This document shows, piece after piece, positions 63,402 to 64,000 of a DNA stretch of 64,000 bases. Position numbers and translations under genes: made by a program. Below the pieces are notes generated by a model, which was not told where the DNA came from, made no database searches, and worked only from the letters and a program-made list of their open reading frames with translations. The DNA lies in the NCBI GenBank assembly GCA_038062835.1, contig JBBTWH010000001.1, positions 42,982 to 106,981 of the forward strand. The letters run 5' to 3'. Within the stretch, counting starts at the first letter, position 1, and every line of letters starts with the position of its first letter. Origin of the DNA: Patescibacteria group bacterium (lineage in GTDB: Bacteria; Patescibacteriota; Patescibacteriia; SG8-24; DYFX01).

Positions 63402-64000
63402 CTAAGTAACCGAGGACTGCTTGCGGGGAACGAACACGAACGAATCGTCCGGATGCCACCCACCGCCGGGCCTCCCGCTAATCGCGTCCAGCCACGACCC
63501 GCCGCCGCTGCGCCCCACGAAGAACACGCTCGGGCCGACGTAGCGGTCCGCCAATGGTTCCATCGCCACGATGACATCATCGTTCATAACTTGCTCCTTC
63601 ATCGATAGGCGTAGTGCCGGACCGGCCTCGGCAGGAGCGTGGTCGAGGCCGAGTTCCTTGGCCCTTTTCAGGATTTCGTCATAGCGCGTGTAGGCGGTGA
63701 AGCCAAGCGCCTCGACCGTAAGGCGGATGAGTTCGGTTTCCTGTTTTTCCTTCGAGGTCGACGTCTTGCGAAGGATGTCCTTCGCCCGATCCGTGATCTC
63801 GAAGCTTTCCATGGCGAGTTCCGCCTCATATTCCTCCGGCGTCTTGCCGCCGAGTTCGAGCTTGAAGCGCTCGATGCGGCCTTCGGGAAAGGAGGTGTAG
63901 AGGTGTTCCAGATGCGAGAGCGCGTCAAAGACGCCGGGGAAGAGGGGTCCGACGTAGGCTTTGGTGGAGGATGTGATTTCGTCCTGGTTCCAGGCGATCT
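63402..64000 (-). CDS. hypothetical protein, partial (N-terminus beyond window end)
   Basis: The frame stays open upstream of M63812 to the window edge (…IAWNQDEITSSTKAYVGPLFPGVFDALSHLEH…AMESFEITD…). Confidence 0.45.
   Translation of the reverse strand, partial: IAWNQDEITSSTKAYVGPLFPGVFDALSHLEHLYTSFPEGRIERFKLELGGKTPEEYEAELAMESFEITDRAKDILRKTSTSKEKQETELIRLTVEALGFTAYTRYDEILKRAKELGLDHAPAEAGPALRLSMKEQVMNDDVIVAMEPLADRYVGPSVFFVGRSGGGSWLDAISGRPGGGWHPDDSFVFVPRKQSSVT

Overview
This window is a high-GC (about 65-70%) bacterial chromosomal segment, mostly packed into co-directional operons. Coordinates I derived by hand for non-ORF features may be off by 1-3 nt.

**Contents**
- Housekeeping genes: dnaG-rpoD, gatC-gatA-ligA, recJ, lepA, rnhA, era, rlmD, lgt, murJ, an adenosine deaminase and pepF.
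- A complete monoderm-style type IV pilus locus at about 21.0-32.4 kb, all on the minus strand. It holds pilM, pilN, pilO, pilB, a CheY-like receiver, pilC, two tandem pilins, pilD and four minor or pseudo-pilins including a PilX-like one. No secretin gene is present.
- Upstream of that locus sit a 1399-aa Cys/Asp-repeat giant adhesin and a secreted 'GWAWS'-repeat protein.
- A fermentative module on the minus strand: 2-oxoacid:ferredoxin oxidoreductase alpha, beta, gamma and delta subunits, then PduL, an MBL hydrolase and AckA, next to murJ.
- An accessory stretch at 0.4-7.8 kb with a tandem zinc-ribbon protein carrying a histone-H1-like tail, a membrane-anchored DnaJ-type zinc-finger protein, three paralogous 'MENQP' mini membrane proteins around a YdeI/OmdA gene, a hemerythrin plus dual-specificity phosphatase pair, and a low-GC creatininase gene.
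- tRNA-Asn(GUU) split by a roughly 546-nt group I intron that carries an HNH endonuclease.
- tRNA-Ser(GGA).
- A roughly 320-nt structured RNA closed by a terminal helix and a terminator downstream of murJ, which is a candidate divergent RNase P RNA.

**Notable points**
- An 83-bp direct repeat copies the porA promoter and first 22 codons to form the start and signal peptide of a secreted beta-helix protein.
- Two secreted proteins share a roughly 110-aa C-terminal module.
- TGnTATACT -10 elements recur, three of them only 6-7 nt before the ATG, suggesting leaderless mRNAs.
- A (GGGTGT)7 microsatellite encodes a (PT)7 linker.

The gene content (type IV pilus without secretin, POR/PduL/AckA fermentation, intron-containing tRNA, many small Cys-rich secreted proteins) resembles reduced-genome, possibly Patescibacteria-like bacteria. 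That is inference only.
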